From: Octopus bimaculoides
Lineage: Eukaryota
Direction of reading: 5' to 3'
Assembly (NCBI RefSeq): GCF_001194135.2
Contig: NC_068990.1
Coordinates: 13,577,406 to 13,609,934, forward strand
Length of the DNA: 32,529 nucleotides
Part shown: piece by piece, positions 11,348 through 23,460 of the stretch
Position numbering within the stretch: the first letter of the stretch is position 1
Layout: each line of letters opens with the position of its first letter
Made by a program: the position numbers and the translations under genes
Notes under the pieces: model-generated
The model's input: only the letters and a program-made list of their open reading frames with translations
What the model was told of the DNA's origin: nothing
Database searches by the model: none

Positions 11348-11401
11348 GCATGTATACATACATACATACATACATACATACATACATACATACATACGTA
11401 G

Positions 11402-11445
<44 letters not shown>
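11348..11445. repeat. (ATAC)n plus (TA)n microsatellites
   Basis: Directly visible. Confidence 0.9.
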
Positions 11446-11450
<5 letters not shown>

Positions 11451-11859
11451 TCAGATGTGTGCTTGTGTATGTATGAGTGTATGAGTGTATGCAAGTATAA
11501 TACATATATTTATGTGTATATATACATATATATATATTATTTTTATTTATTATATTATATTATGTTATGTTAGCCTACGCTATATTACACTATGTATGTT
11601 ATATTTCTATGTAATGAGAGTTTAATAGATTTCACCTGGTCGCTAATCGTCAGGCTTAACTTGAATACATTAACAACCACTTTGAATACATTAGTAATAT
11701 CTTCCCAAGTATCGAGTTCTATAAGAAAATATACTTATACTTACACACACATACACATACACACAAAAACACACACACACTAAAATACACATATAGATAT
11801 TCATATACATACATACACACATATATAAATATATATATACAGCAAGTGAGAGAGATACA

Positions 11860-11912
11860 CAGACAGACAGACAGACAGACAGACGGACAGACGGGCTGAC
11901 AGACTGATATAC

Positions 11913-11965
<53 letters not shown>
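11860..11965. repeat. (GACA)n then (GATA)n microsatellites
   Basis: Directly visible. Confidence 0.95.
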
Positions 11966-12630
11966 TAATACACTTGCAATACACATGTATAAATTTTACA
12001 ATTCTTCCATTATACGTACACAGGCATACACGCACACATTTGCGTGTATTAACCATGCACACAGACACACACACATATATATTATATATATATGTGTGTG
12101 TTTATGTCTGTGTGTATTATATATACACACACATACATTGTTTACACGTGTGCGTGTATGTTTGTGTGTGTATGTATGCATGCATGCATGTACGTATGAA
12201 TGAATAGTCTCTCAATCGTCAGTCGGGTTTGAATTGTCTTCATACAGAACAAAGTGGAACACATTACTAATACTTTAGTGCTTACATTGGGCGTACAAAC
12301 ACACCATTATTTCTGCTGCAGCATTTGCCAAACCTGAAAGTCATTATGTCTCCCAGTATATTCGCAGAAAAATAAACATTGAAAACCAAGAGCAGAAAAA
12401 AAATGAATGAGAGACAAATAAACATGTCAGACAGGCGGTACTACAACTGCTTGGAATGTCAGGTTAACACCCTTGGAATTATAAAGAAGGTATTTTTGCA
12501 TGCAGAATGAGATGAGAACATACGTACAACTCTTACGAGAGCGCTGACATGAGCGATCACGTCGGCGTCGACATATAACTTGTTTTAGTATATTATTGTC
12601 ATGTACTACTTTAATTAACCTATTACCTAC

Positions 12631-12654
12631 CAGTGATCTCATATGAGATCACTG
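12631..12654. repeat. Perfect 24-bp palindrome CAGTGATCTCATATGAGATCACTG
   Basis: The sequence equals its own reverse complement. Confidence 0.95.
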
Positions 12655-13528
12655 AAAAAGTACAAATTTCGTAATTATGTGTCAATATTTACACATATCT
12701 AACCTTTTTGCTATATCTACTAAGTATATTTATCTGATATGCAAATGAGGTTTGCTAATTTTTCACCCAATATCTCGCTTATTTATATCTAAAATGTTAT
12801 TTTGAAATGTTATTTTGATCATTCCAGCGTGTTTCTAAGGCTGTTTTATTCAAGAAATCAAAGCTTCACAAAAAAATTCTAGTTAATAGAATTATGGGAG
12901 GTAATGGGTTAATTAGCCATATCATATATTTCGATGGCCATATACTAGAAGCTTTTAAGAAAAATCGCGACAATGTAAATTCCAAGCATCTTTAATATCA
13001 CTGGAAGATAAATTTCAGACATATGACCCCTTTCACATTTTGGTAGATGATATTGTACGCAACACTGTTCGTGCGACTCAGCCTATAACTGCGGCAGGAA
13101 GAAAATGCAGCGCGACGAAGTCTTCTGAGGTGGAAGTAAGCGTTCAAGGTGGAAATGGAACAAACGAGAAATTTAGAGCTTCCGTGTGCTGGACCAAGAA
13201 ATAAAATATAGTGATACAACACATAATTAAGTGCACATTAAATATCGTGACCAACATGGAAGTACGGTAGTGATGAAGAAAGAACAGGGGAATCAAGAAA
13301 CCAAAGTGCATGTGCAGTGTGGGAGACAGCTAGACAAAGGAATCTATCATGGAGCATTTTGTTGAGAAGGCAAATATTGTGCTTCATTCAATGTCAGTTA
13401 AATATTTTGGATATTTCGTGAAAACATCAATGTATCCAGCCATTACACAATGAAGGAAAACATTTGAAAGTTGTCGAAATATTTGTAGTCAATGAAACCA
13501 GCAACTGAAGCAAATTTCTCGTATGTGC

Positions 13529-13530
<2 letters not shown>

Positions 13531-13618
<88 letters not shown>
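13531..13618. repeat. (GT)n microsatellite, about 44 units
   Basis: Directly visible. Confidence 0.98.
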
Positions 13619-13621
<3 letters not shown>

Positions 13622-13849
13622 TACGCGTGCGTGTGTACTCGGTTGTATGGTATCGACTAACTCCCTTTCCTGAAAATTGTCCATTGGCCCTGTGCCAAAA
13701 ATAAGAACTGAAATTATCGTTAGCGGAATTACTAATCACTAGAGTGACGGAAAAATACTTTGCGGTGTTTCTGCCGACTTTTCATAATCTAGAGTCAAAT
13801 TTCCCCTACGTCAAATTTGCATTTCATCTTCAGTCGAAATAATGGGGGT

Positions 13850-14290
13850 GATATCATAACCAGTTTCACTAGAAATCGAGGTCCTTTCGAACAATCCTTG
13901 TTTCTTATTGAACAGATTTCTGTATTAACGTCTCGTAGTTACAACGATCTCAATAAGACAGATACCAAGTCTGTTAGTAATGGTATCTACTCCGTCTATG
14001 ATTACTTGAATCACTTTTGCAAACGCGCTCTACAGTCTTCGCATTTCCCAAGTAAAATTACCGAATTCTTCTACATTCTCCCCTTCTTTGATCACTACAT
14101 TTATATAAGCAGACACAACTACATCTATGACGATCGCATTCTTTTGACACCTAGTCAAGAATGATACTATCTGGTCGTCTTGCTTGGATTTCATGTTCAT
14201 TCTGTATAATAAAGTCCCAGAAGACCTTAAACTTATCATTCTCATCCATTTGGTTACATTCTACGCTACCTCTTTTAAATACTCTCTGCT
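13850..14290 (-). pseudogene. Decayed 3' end of an R4/Dong-like non-LTR retrotransposon ORF (restriction-like endonuclease domain)
   Basis: Manual translation gives ENDKFKVFWDFIIQNEHEIQARRPDSIILD*, then after a frameshift IVIDVVVSAYINVVIKEGENVEEFGNFTWEMRRL*SAFAKVIQVIIDGVDTITNRLGICL. This follows the RLE consensus ENxxxKILWDFxIQTDxxIxARRPD...IDIAVP...KExEKxxKY...VxPVVIGxLG. Confidence 0.8.
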
Positions 14291-14840
14291 TATTTCAATC
14301 CTTTCTTCCACGTTCGTGTCTGCGTCTATATTCATTTATTATTACTTGTTTTGTTGTTAATATTAGTCTGCAGTATTTGCTATTATATTACTATATATTG
14401 TTATTGCGTTATTTCACAGCGACTAGAACGTGAAATAAAAGTAGATATAATTAAATTGAATCGAAGACAAATTGAAACTGAGCCTATAATGATGGAAAAG
14501 TGAATACAAACAGGATTGAATTTCATTTCGAACGAAATAACTTAATGTTTTTTTTTTCTTTTGAGAAAAGACAACGCTACAATGGCTTCATCTTTCTGTC
14601 CACGCATAGTCAGGAGATTAATAATGTTTCCTGACAACACGGTGCCTGTTATTGACAGCTCAATGAACTGCTGTACTTCAAAGTAAAATGCAATACACAG
14701 AAACGCAATGAAATATCCATAGCGTATTTACCTACGTCATCAAGCATCGATAAGATGATATCGCAAAACCTCGTTCCTTCAGCCATTTTGAACACTTACG
14801 TACATACCTACAGACACGCACAAAAGCCCCCACACAGCCA

Positions 14841-14842
<2 letters not shown>

Positions 14843-14881
<39 letters not shown>

Positions 14882-15118
14882 GTCTGTCTATCTGTCTGTC
14901 TATTTATGTGTATGTGTGTGTCAGTGTGTGTGTGTACGTATATTGTATTCAAGTATATATTAACATATACGTCCATGTATATATATATGTATGTGTAGTC
15001 ATATATAATTAACATATATGTATATATGTACATAAATACACGCGTATATATATATATATATATATGTGTGTGGGTGTGTGTATGTATGTATATATATATC
15101 TATGTTTGTGGTATATAC

Positions 15119-15175
<57 letters not shown>
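14843..15175. repeat. (TATC)n, (TA)n and (TG)n microsatellite cluster
   Basis: Directly visible. Confidence 0.9.
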
Positions 15176-15176
<1 letters not shown>

Positions 15177-15866
15177 ATGTGCTTGCCTGCATATATCTGT
15201 GCCTTTGTATCTGCAATTGTGTATGTTTCGTGATAATTTCTCTGATGTGTTTCGTTTATCAACGTATAATCTAGGGCCACCTGACTTAATACCGGTATAG
15301 CACATCGCGAGAAAGTTACAGTATATGATTCCTAATTTAAAATATCATTATACTTACCTGGTTTTAGTTTTTGTCAATCCGGAAAATATTTAGTTATTAT
15401 ACAAAAGATCTGGAAAACTACATATACGCCATCCCCGTAATTATGTATTATAATATTTCAGATATGAAGAAGAAAAAAAAAATCAATATTCATAATTGTG
15501 ATTTTTCTCTTATATTATATATTACCGTGTCTTCTCTATTTAGTTAAGTCTCCATATCCTCGCATGCTATACACGGATGTTAATATAAGTTCGTGTCTCA
15601 GCAGTTATGACGTTACGCGGATGTGTTTTTTTGCGAATGTGTGAATATTTATTTGGTTGTTTGTATGTGTGTTAGAATATGTGTGTATCTGTGTGCGTGC
15701 GTATGGGTGCGTGTAAATTTGTGTCTTTGTACTTAAGTGTCTCGGGAGTGGTTCTGAATGAATAACATCTACGTAACCAATTAATTAATTACTCTGAGGA
15801 TTACAGCAAAAGCATTACTTTAGTCTTCTTAACAATGAATCATTAATCTCAATTCGAACAATACAT

Positions 15867-15870
<4 letters not shown>

Positions 15871-15909
<39 letters not shown>

Positions 15910-15949
15910 TTATACATACAGACACACACATATGTATATATGTATATAT

Positions 15950-15990
<41 letters not shown>

Positions 15991-16105
15991 ATACTATATA
16001 TATATATATAATATTATAGATATAGTATATGTATATGTATGAATATATATATATGTATAATCTATACATATATACATATACATATATATGCATACATATA
16101 TATTA
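15871..16105. repeat. (CA)n/(TA)n microsatellite cluster
   Basis: Directly visible. Confidence 0.9.
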
Positions 16106-17591
16106 CACATACCTCATCCATAGATATATATGTATTTATCCATCATAATAAAATCGCTGTGTATTGTATCAGTTATGCAAAACGTATTTTTTCGTTTTCT
16201 CGTGTTGTGCTTTTCTATACCTAATTGGAAGCGTCTACATTTCTTTCCATTCCGTTTAATTAGTTCTGTAAGTGGAGTAATTCTCTTTTGTCACTCCTCT
16301 TCTCTACGTTTATAACCAATATTTTACTCTCTCATTCTTCCCTCTTTCAAATCTCAGACTCTCAGTTTCTTTCTTTGGAAACGTAGAATCTCTTTAACAT
16401 TTGTTTTATTCTTTGTAAGATACATTTCTCTTTTGTTTGTAGCATCTGAAATCTCCAAGGATTAAAGATACAACACTGAAGTAAATATTCTGATTTCAGA
16501 ACAGAGAAAAACTTAATTGTTTGTGTGAATTAACGGATTTCTGTCAGAATAAACAGCTGAAATGGTTGATTAACCACGATGTATAACGTCAACACTGAAT
16601 TGTCGACGCTTAAACTATTTTATGTTTCAGCTCGAATATGTTAAGCAATAGACAAATGTGATAAAACGTATGCCTATATAAAATCACTTTTGGTACAAGA
16701 AAAAAACATATACGCGGATATCTCTGCATGTTTGTGTTAAACTCAAGCAGCTATCAATTTTTCCCACAAAATTCATCTAGGGTTTCCAATTTTAAAAAAG
16801 GCATTATTATTATCATTATTATTATTATTGTTGTTGCTGTTGTTGTTGTTATTATTATTAATCTTCTTGCATCATAAATCAATATTCGAAGCTTTTATTG
16901 GTTACATAGTTTCAGCTGAAAAATTGTTCATACATGAAACCTGCGGGTTTATATTTTATGTGCGACTTTAAATAGCAGCAGATAAGGTTTCATTTCTATA
17001 ATGTATACCCTATTGTGTGATTAACGCTTAAAGAGAGTTTAAAATTTTAAAATTTGTTTTTGAAAACTGCATGAACAAATTTATATTTATATCACCTATC
17101 CCACATACATACACACACACTATCTCTCTCTCTCTCTTTCTCTCCTTCTTGTGTGTATGCGTGTCCTTATATACAATATCTGATTTCCTGACAATAAGGT
17201 AGGGCAGCTGCTGTGATGATGGTATTTTAAAGCAGAAACACATGTCCGCAACTTTCCGTTTGTCTCCAGAAAATCAGACTTCTCCCTTAATGCCATATCA
17301 GTTGTAGAGAATACTTAACCTTCATATTATTTCCCTCACCCCCACCTATTTTTTTTTTTTGTCCTTGTTGCAAGCGGTTGATTGCGTTACCTTCCCTGGA
17401 AGTTGACCTGATTTCAATAAATCAGGAATCTCTCTTTTACGGTACCTAACAAAACCTAATTTCTCTTTCTTTCACAAATAAATTCCATGAGTCGCTGTGA
17501 GTTATTTCTCTTACTTCGTCTTCGTTTCATTTACGTGCACACAAATACACCCGAACACGCATACACATACACAATCATATATATAAATACA

Positions 17592-17639
<48 letters not shown>

Positions 17640-18405
17640 NNNNNNNNNNCACACACACACACACACATACACACACATATATACATAGATATATACACAT
17701 TCGTATCTATGTATGAACGTAGACATAAACATATGTGTATATACTATTATATTCATATTTCTACCTTTTCTTTATTATCACGTCTCCCTTGTCGACATTG
17801 TGATTCGAATCCTAGATTTAGAATTCAAAACAAATTATAGACATCTGACTTCATTGATTAGAATTTATCCCATAATGAGATTTAGTAATTTGCCCAACAA
17901 GATAAGTGCATCTATGAATTACAAACACATCAGTTATACATGTGTACGCCCACTCTCAAACCAACATATCCTAGACCCTCACGTTTGAGAGCCTCAACTG
18001 CCTTCTTAAATTCAAATGACTTCACTTACACACACACTTCCATTTTGACACTTTCATACTTTAATGATTTTGATTTTCAATTTACAGAGACTGGCACGTT
18101 TCTGACCTCGTTGTCAATACAATTCAGTTTCATTTCCTATTATTTTAACAATAAAAATTTCCTTTACATATTTACATATTTACATATTTCATTTACATGC
18201 ACATATTCACAAATATATTGTCCGCACTCTTAAGTATCTATTTCAAAGTTGATTTCTGAAAATAAAATTCAACTTAAAATTTCTAATTGGCCTCACGATT
18301 TGCATATCAGTAAACACGCATAACACACACGCATTCATATACTCGTGCAGTCATGAACACAAATAGACCCAGATCTATTAACTGGTTTCCATAAGCATGC
18401 ACACT

Positions 18406-18436
<31 letters not shown>

Positions 18437-18621
18437 ATAACTCCACTGCACAACTGATTTGATTATAGCAGTAGTTTCCAACCTGGGTTCAGCGGACCCC
18501 TGGTGGTCCACAAAGGCAGTACTGGGGTCCGTGAACTAAATTCAGAATTTCATATATAAATCTATACATTATTTACGTTATTTACATTTGTCGGATATTT
18601 GTCCTCATCTTGTTTGTTGTT

Positions 18622-18667
18622 AACACAACGTTTCGGCTGATATACCCTCCAGCCTTCGTCAGGTGTC
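18622..18667 (-). ncRNA. Minimal type I hammerhead ribozyme motif (left arm, stem I intact)
   Basis: Minus strand reads GACAC-CUGACGA-A-GGCUG(GAGGGUAUAU)CAGCC-GAAA-CGU-U-GUGUU. It has the core boxes, a 5-bp stem II, a 5-bp stem I (GACAC/GUGUU), a palindromic ACGU stem III and a GUU cleavage triplet. Confidence 0.7.
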
Positions 18668-18804
18668 TTGGGGAAATGTCGAACCTGGGTTCTCATTCCT
18701 AACGATGTTACTATTATTAATAATAGTAATAATAATAATAATCATAATAATATAATAAAAGTAACATCGATAGGAATGAGAACCCAGGTTCGAAATTTCC
18801 CCAA

Positions 18805-18850
18805 GACTCCTGACGAAGGCTGGAGGGTATATCAGCCGAAACGTTGTGTT
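18805..18850 (+). ncRNA. Minimal type I hammerhead ribozyme motif (right arm, one stem I mismatch)
   Basis: CUGACGA at 18810-18816, stem II GGCUG 18818-18822 / CAGCC 18833-18837, GAAA at 18838-18841. Stem I GACUC/GUGUU carries a U-U mismatch. Confidence 0.65.
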
Positions 18851-19067
18851 AACAACAAACAAGATGAGGACAAATATCCGACAAATGTAAATAATGTAAA
18901 TAATGTAAATAATTCCTCATCTCTTAAATATAGAACTATAAATATATACATAAGGATAAACATATTAAAAGGGATCCGTGGGAAAACTTATTTAAGTTAA
19001 GGGGTTGGTAACAACTGGTTTATAGTGATCAAATGTATGTGCTTCACATTAGCTCACTCTCTCAATT

Positions 19068-19248
19068 AAATCGATGTAGCCTGGACAGATGCAGAGTGCG
19101 CCACCAGGTATCAGATGTCGAAGTGAGGGAAGAACAACGTGAGATAAAGTGTTTTGTCCAAGAACACCTACGCTCGGCATAATTCAGGAATTGAACCTAC
19201 GATCTTTCGATCGTGAGAGCAACACCCTGATCACTAGGACATGCGCCT
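19068..19248 (-). mobile_element. SINE family D (tRNA head plus CORE-like domain)
   Basis: Reverse complement reads AGGCGCATGTCCTAGTGATCAGG...AGGTTCAATTCCTG...GTGTTCTTGGACAAAACACTTTATCTCAC. Confidence 0.75.
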
Positions 19249-20099
19249 TACCCCATTCCCCCAACACAACTGAGTAATTTAAAGACTCAAATTTTCCGTT
19301 CCAAGTAAGTCACACATAACCCAAGTAAACTGATCTGAAATATCTCTCCAATTCGAGAAACGTTAAAATCTCGCCTTACTATCTCGTAACATCTCCGGTT
19401 TACCAATGCCTTTTTTCTGGTTTTTTTTTGTTTTTTTTATTTGTCACACAGAGCATTTCTAACCGTTATGAAACCAATTGTTTCTTTGAGGCATTGAACA
19501 GTCCACTTACTTCAGTAATGTTCTTACACTACAAATTAACCAGAATTTTGTTTTCTCTAGCTCACAGATATTAATACCAAGATTAACTAATCCACTGTCT
19601 TATATGTACCAAGTACACATTATAAACTGTTCTTTTATGCAGTTTCGAAACATTATGGAATCAATTTAGATTCTAATGTATTCTTGTTTCTAAGTAAAAC
19701 GGCAACTCAAGACATCTCTTGGCGTCTTCTAACAGCATCATTCAATTAATGTTCCACACTTCCCTAAAGTTGTCAAACTTGGACTGAAACACGAATTTGT
19801 AACTGGAAATTACTATTTATTCGTTTTCTTCATTGTAATTACATAAATATATCAAATAATACTATTCGACGTGTTACTAATAATAGATCAATCGAATAGA
19901 CTCTCCTAGAAAGGAAGGATTCCCAGTTTCATTACATAAATGCAATTTAGTTCATTAATAGATAAGGACGGACACCATTCTATCGGCTGCACTGACGGAC
20001 GTCAGCAGACTAGAATGGACCACGATTATATTTCCCTCGCTTTTACATACAAACATATATCCATGCATGCATACATATGTATACACTTTAACATAGGCG

Positions 20100-20204
<105 letters not shown>

Positions 20205-20621
20205 CACATACATGCACATATATATATATGCATGTATGTATATATATATAAATGTACATATATATAAATATATATGTATATGTATATGTATATGTGTATA
20301 CATAACTATCTCTCTCGCTTGCTCGCTCTCTTTCTCTCTCTCTGCATAAATGCATGTAGTGCATATACAAATAGATATATGCACGCATTTTTTATTCTAT
20401 AGTTCACTTTCTTTTATTCCTGTGCTAAGAAATAATAAGTATGCATACAAGAAGTGTATATGAGTTCACTTATAGACATGTATTTCATTTATTTTTATTA
20501 TACTATCTTTTCCAAGGTCTCTAGCAGAAAGTATGTAAGAAGTATATATATACACACACACCCAACATATATTGATATAAATGGTGAAGATAGTAAGAAT
20601 ATTAGCAAGAACCATATATGC

Positions 20622-20665
<44 letters not shown>

Positions 20666-20755
20666 NNNNNNNNNNTATGCGTATATATATATATATATAT
20701 ATATATATAATGCGCGAATAAATAAATAGTCTGTGTATATATGTAAAACAATATA

Positions 20756-20882
20756 CATGGTGTCCACAAAATCTGAGTACATGAGGATTAACACATACTT
20801 TAAGAAATTATCATTTCTTATATTTAATTGTTTATGTTATGATTTTATTTACTCCATGTAGCCAGACTTTGTGGACACCCTG
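20756..20882. mobile_element. Tc1/mariner-type MITE (127 bp)
   Basis: TIRs CATGGTGTCCACAAAATCTGAGTACATG / CATGTAGCCAGACTTTGTGGACACCCTG, with TA on both sides (20754-20755, 20883-20884). Confidence 0.85.
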
Positions 20883-21319
20883 TACATTATCTAGTAAGCT
20901 GGTATATGGAAGAATATGTAAATCGGGCTAGTAATCCTTACTAACTTATTTTTTGTAGTTGTTTCAAAAAAGCACATAAAAACTAGACGCTAATGAATAA
21001 CTTTAAATATATGTTCGTTCGTTTCTAGAATGGGGCGAATTGTTTTGTCACTAGAGAAGGGGTACAATTTAGATCCTTAAAAGAGGCAAGAAAACAGTTG
21101 ATAAGAAATTGTCAGCCTTCACTATTTTATCACTTTATTATTTTCAACAGGTTAAATTTATTCTTCATTTTATACTTTAGTCTATTTAGAACTGTCTTCC
21201 TTATAGACAGAATAAAATTTATAGTTAACCTGACCAATTTCTTTTTTCTTTTTTGTCTATTTATGTATTTTGCATTTGATCGTAATTGTAATTTGTCTGT
21301 CACTATATTTTTGGCTTAT

Positions 21320-21634
21320 TGGAGGCGCAATGGCCCAGTGGTTAGGGTAGCGGACTCGCGGTCATAGGATCGCGGTTTCGTTTCCCCGACCGGGCGTTGT
21401 GAGTGTTTATTGAGCGAAAATACCTAAAGCTCCACGAGGGTCCGGCAGGGGATGGTGGCGAACCTTGCTGTACTCTTTCACCAGAACTTTCTCTCACTCT
21501 TTCTTCCTGTCTCTTTTGTGCCTGTAATTCAAAGGGCCAGCCTTGTCACACTGTGTCACGCTGAATATCCCCGAGAACTACGTTAAGGGTACACGTGTCT
21601 GTGGAGTGCTCAGCCACTTGCACGTTAATTTCAC
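21320..21634 (+). mobile_element. SINE family A, 3' end lost in the assembly gap (21635-21857)
   Basis: A box at 21331-21341 and B-box-like GTTTCGTTTCC at about 21375. Body nearly identical to 10194-10577. Confidence 0.92.
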
Positions 21635-22117
21635 NNNNNNNNNNNNNNNNNNNNNNNNNNNNNNNNNNNNNNNNNNNNNNNNNNNNNNNNNNNNNNNNNN
21701 NNNNNNNNNNNNNNNNNNNNNNNNNNNNNNNNNNNNNNNNNNNNNNNNNNNNNNNNNNNNNNNNNNNNNNNNNNNNNNNNNNNNNNNNNNNNNNNNNNNN
21801 NNNNNNNNNNNNNNNNNNNNNNNNNNNNNNNNNNNNNNNNNNNNNNNNNNNNNNNNNTTTATGATCCGGATTACACGACACCTCACCAATATACTAGAGC
21901 TGTAAAAAATGTATTGAAACAAATGTAGAGATTTTAAATATAGAATGTTATTGATTGCACTTTCTAAGCTTAAACTATTTATATAAACCCGATGGATACT
22001 ATGACATTCCTGATGTATAGCCAATAGAAGGACCATTTCCAATGTATCGGGTAGCCAATAACTGTAGACGAACTTTGCATAGCATAGCATTCTACAAGAT
22101 TTTTACTCAAAATTCTT

Positions 22118-22157
<40 letters not shown>

Positions 22158-22493
22158 GCGCACTCACACACAAACACACATATGTATATGTATATATATA
22201 TGCATATACATATACATATACATATATATACACATAAGTATATACAGATATATATTTGTATGCATATATGTACGTATGCATGTATGTATGTATATATGCA
22301 TGTATGTATATATGCATGTATGTATATATGTGTTGCATAACCACAGTTATAACACCTAAAATGCAAACACAGTTTCCAGTTTCTTGATTTCAATCAACAG
22401 GATCATAATCTATATAACTATAAAGCTAGGCAAACTCTCGTATAGAATAGAATGGTTCGCTTTATCTTTGCTGATCGAAAACTGTCATCACAG

Positions 22494-22682
22494 CGCCACA
22501 AATAGAATAAAAATGGAAGACATCATATTAAATAGCTTTGATCATTGGGGCATTAACGTAAGCCAGATCGCATTGTTCAGAAGCCAAATTAAAACGATCC
22601 ATTTGATGAAGATTAACTTTATTACGATAACTCAACTTTTTAAACCACACTTCTGCAATGTAAAGAATTCTCCAGCTGCTAT
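22494..22682 (+). CDS. Candidate symmetric (phase 2-2) coding exon, unidentified protein with LRR-like spacing
   Basis: Acceptor CTGTCATCACAG and donor AT|GTAAGT. 189 nt, open in one frame only: ATNRIKMEDIILNSFDHWGINVSQIALFRSQIKTIHLMKINFITITQLFKPHFCNVKNSPAA. No homology recognised. Confidence 0.25.
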
Positions 22683-23118
22683 GTAAGTAATTAATTCTCT
22701 TCATGACTGTACACCGGCGAAAAATATATTCTGTTATCAGTATTGATTATATAAATTTCTTTAGATAAGCAGTTATTACTGGAAAATGTAGTTATTCACA
22801 AATAACCTTCGTCGCATTTCCAACCTGGTTGCTGAATGAGATTTTAATAGAAATTAACATCTCATCTAGCAGCTAGATAATGTGTTAATAATGACCATTG
22901 ATCAACTACACTTTATGGCTCAGGTTCTTTTAGTAATTTATTTACTTATTTTTACTTTGTCAGACTATCTCCATTTAGTTTGTCTCACCAACGGAATCAG
23001 TAATAACATCCTGTTTTGTTTGGTGGTTTCATGCTGTTCTCGTCTTCTACAAGTCCTCAGAAAATTCTTTCTCTACCACCATGAAAGAGTGTATAAGAGA
23101 GCGTGGTGTGTGTGCGTA

Positions 23119-23171
<53 letters not shown>

Positions 23172-23318
23172 GAGAGTGGTGCGTGCATATGTGTGTATAA
23201 TACAAACATGAGTATCTCGACTACATACTTACACACATACATACAAACATTACAGACAAACACATAGGACATAACTACCGATACACATACTCACATACAT
23301 ATACACGCACATGAATGC

Positions 23319-23353
<35 letters not shown>

Positions 23354-23460
23354 AATATATAAATATATATATATATAAATATATATAGAAATGAATATAT
23401 ACAATTGTCAATTCAAATTTAATAACATAATTTTATATTCCTAATATAATATAATAAATA

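Larger units (their letters stand above)
18570..18936. mobile_element. Penelope-like element remnant: fold-back inverted repeat with (AAT)n spacer, nested in the hAT MITE
   Basis: Arms 18568-18712 and 18760-18904 with 4 mismatches. 15-bp TSD TATAAATCTATACAT (18555-18569) / TATAAATATATACAT (18937-18951). Hammerhead motifs in both arms, a known hallmark of Penelope pseudo-LTRs. Confidence 0.75.
18469..19017. mobile_element. hAT (Charlie-like) MITE, about 170 bp once the nested insert is removed
   Basis: TIRs CAGTAGTTTCCAACC (18469-18483) and GGTTGGTAACAACTG (19003-19017), 13 of 15 match. 8-bp TSD GATTATAG / GTTTATAG (7 of 8) with the central TA typical of Charlie-type hATs. Confidence 0.85.

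Noticed and set aside
12959-13370. About 80-codon open frame and faint RTE-LINE-like motifs (ILYATL, RRSLLRWK, CGRQ)
   Set aside because: Motif spacing does not fit the RTE C-terminus and the similarity is too weak to call by eye. A tBLASTx search against Dfam would decide.
14545-14730. Minus-strand open stretch FIAFLCIAFYFEVQQFIELSITGTVLSGNIINLLTMRGQ
   Set aside because: No convincing donor site and no recognisable family.
20619-20710. TATGCG(TA)n repeated on both sides of a 10-N gap
   Set aside because: Most likely an assembly artefact (overlapping contig ends), not a real duplication.
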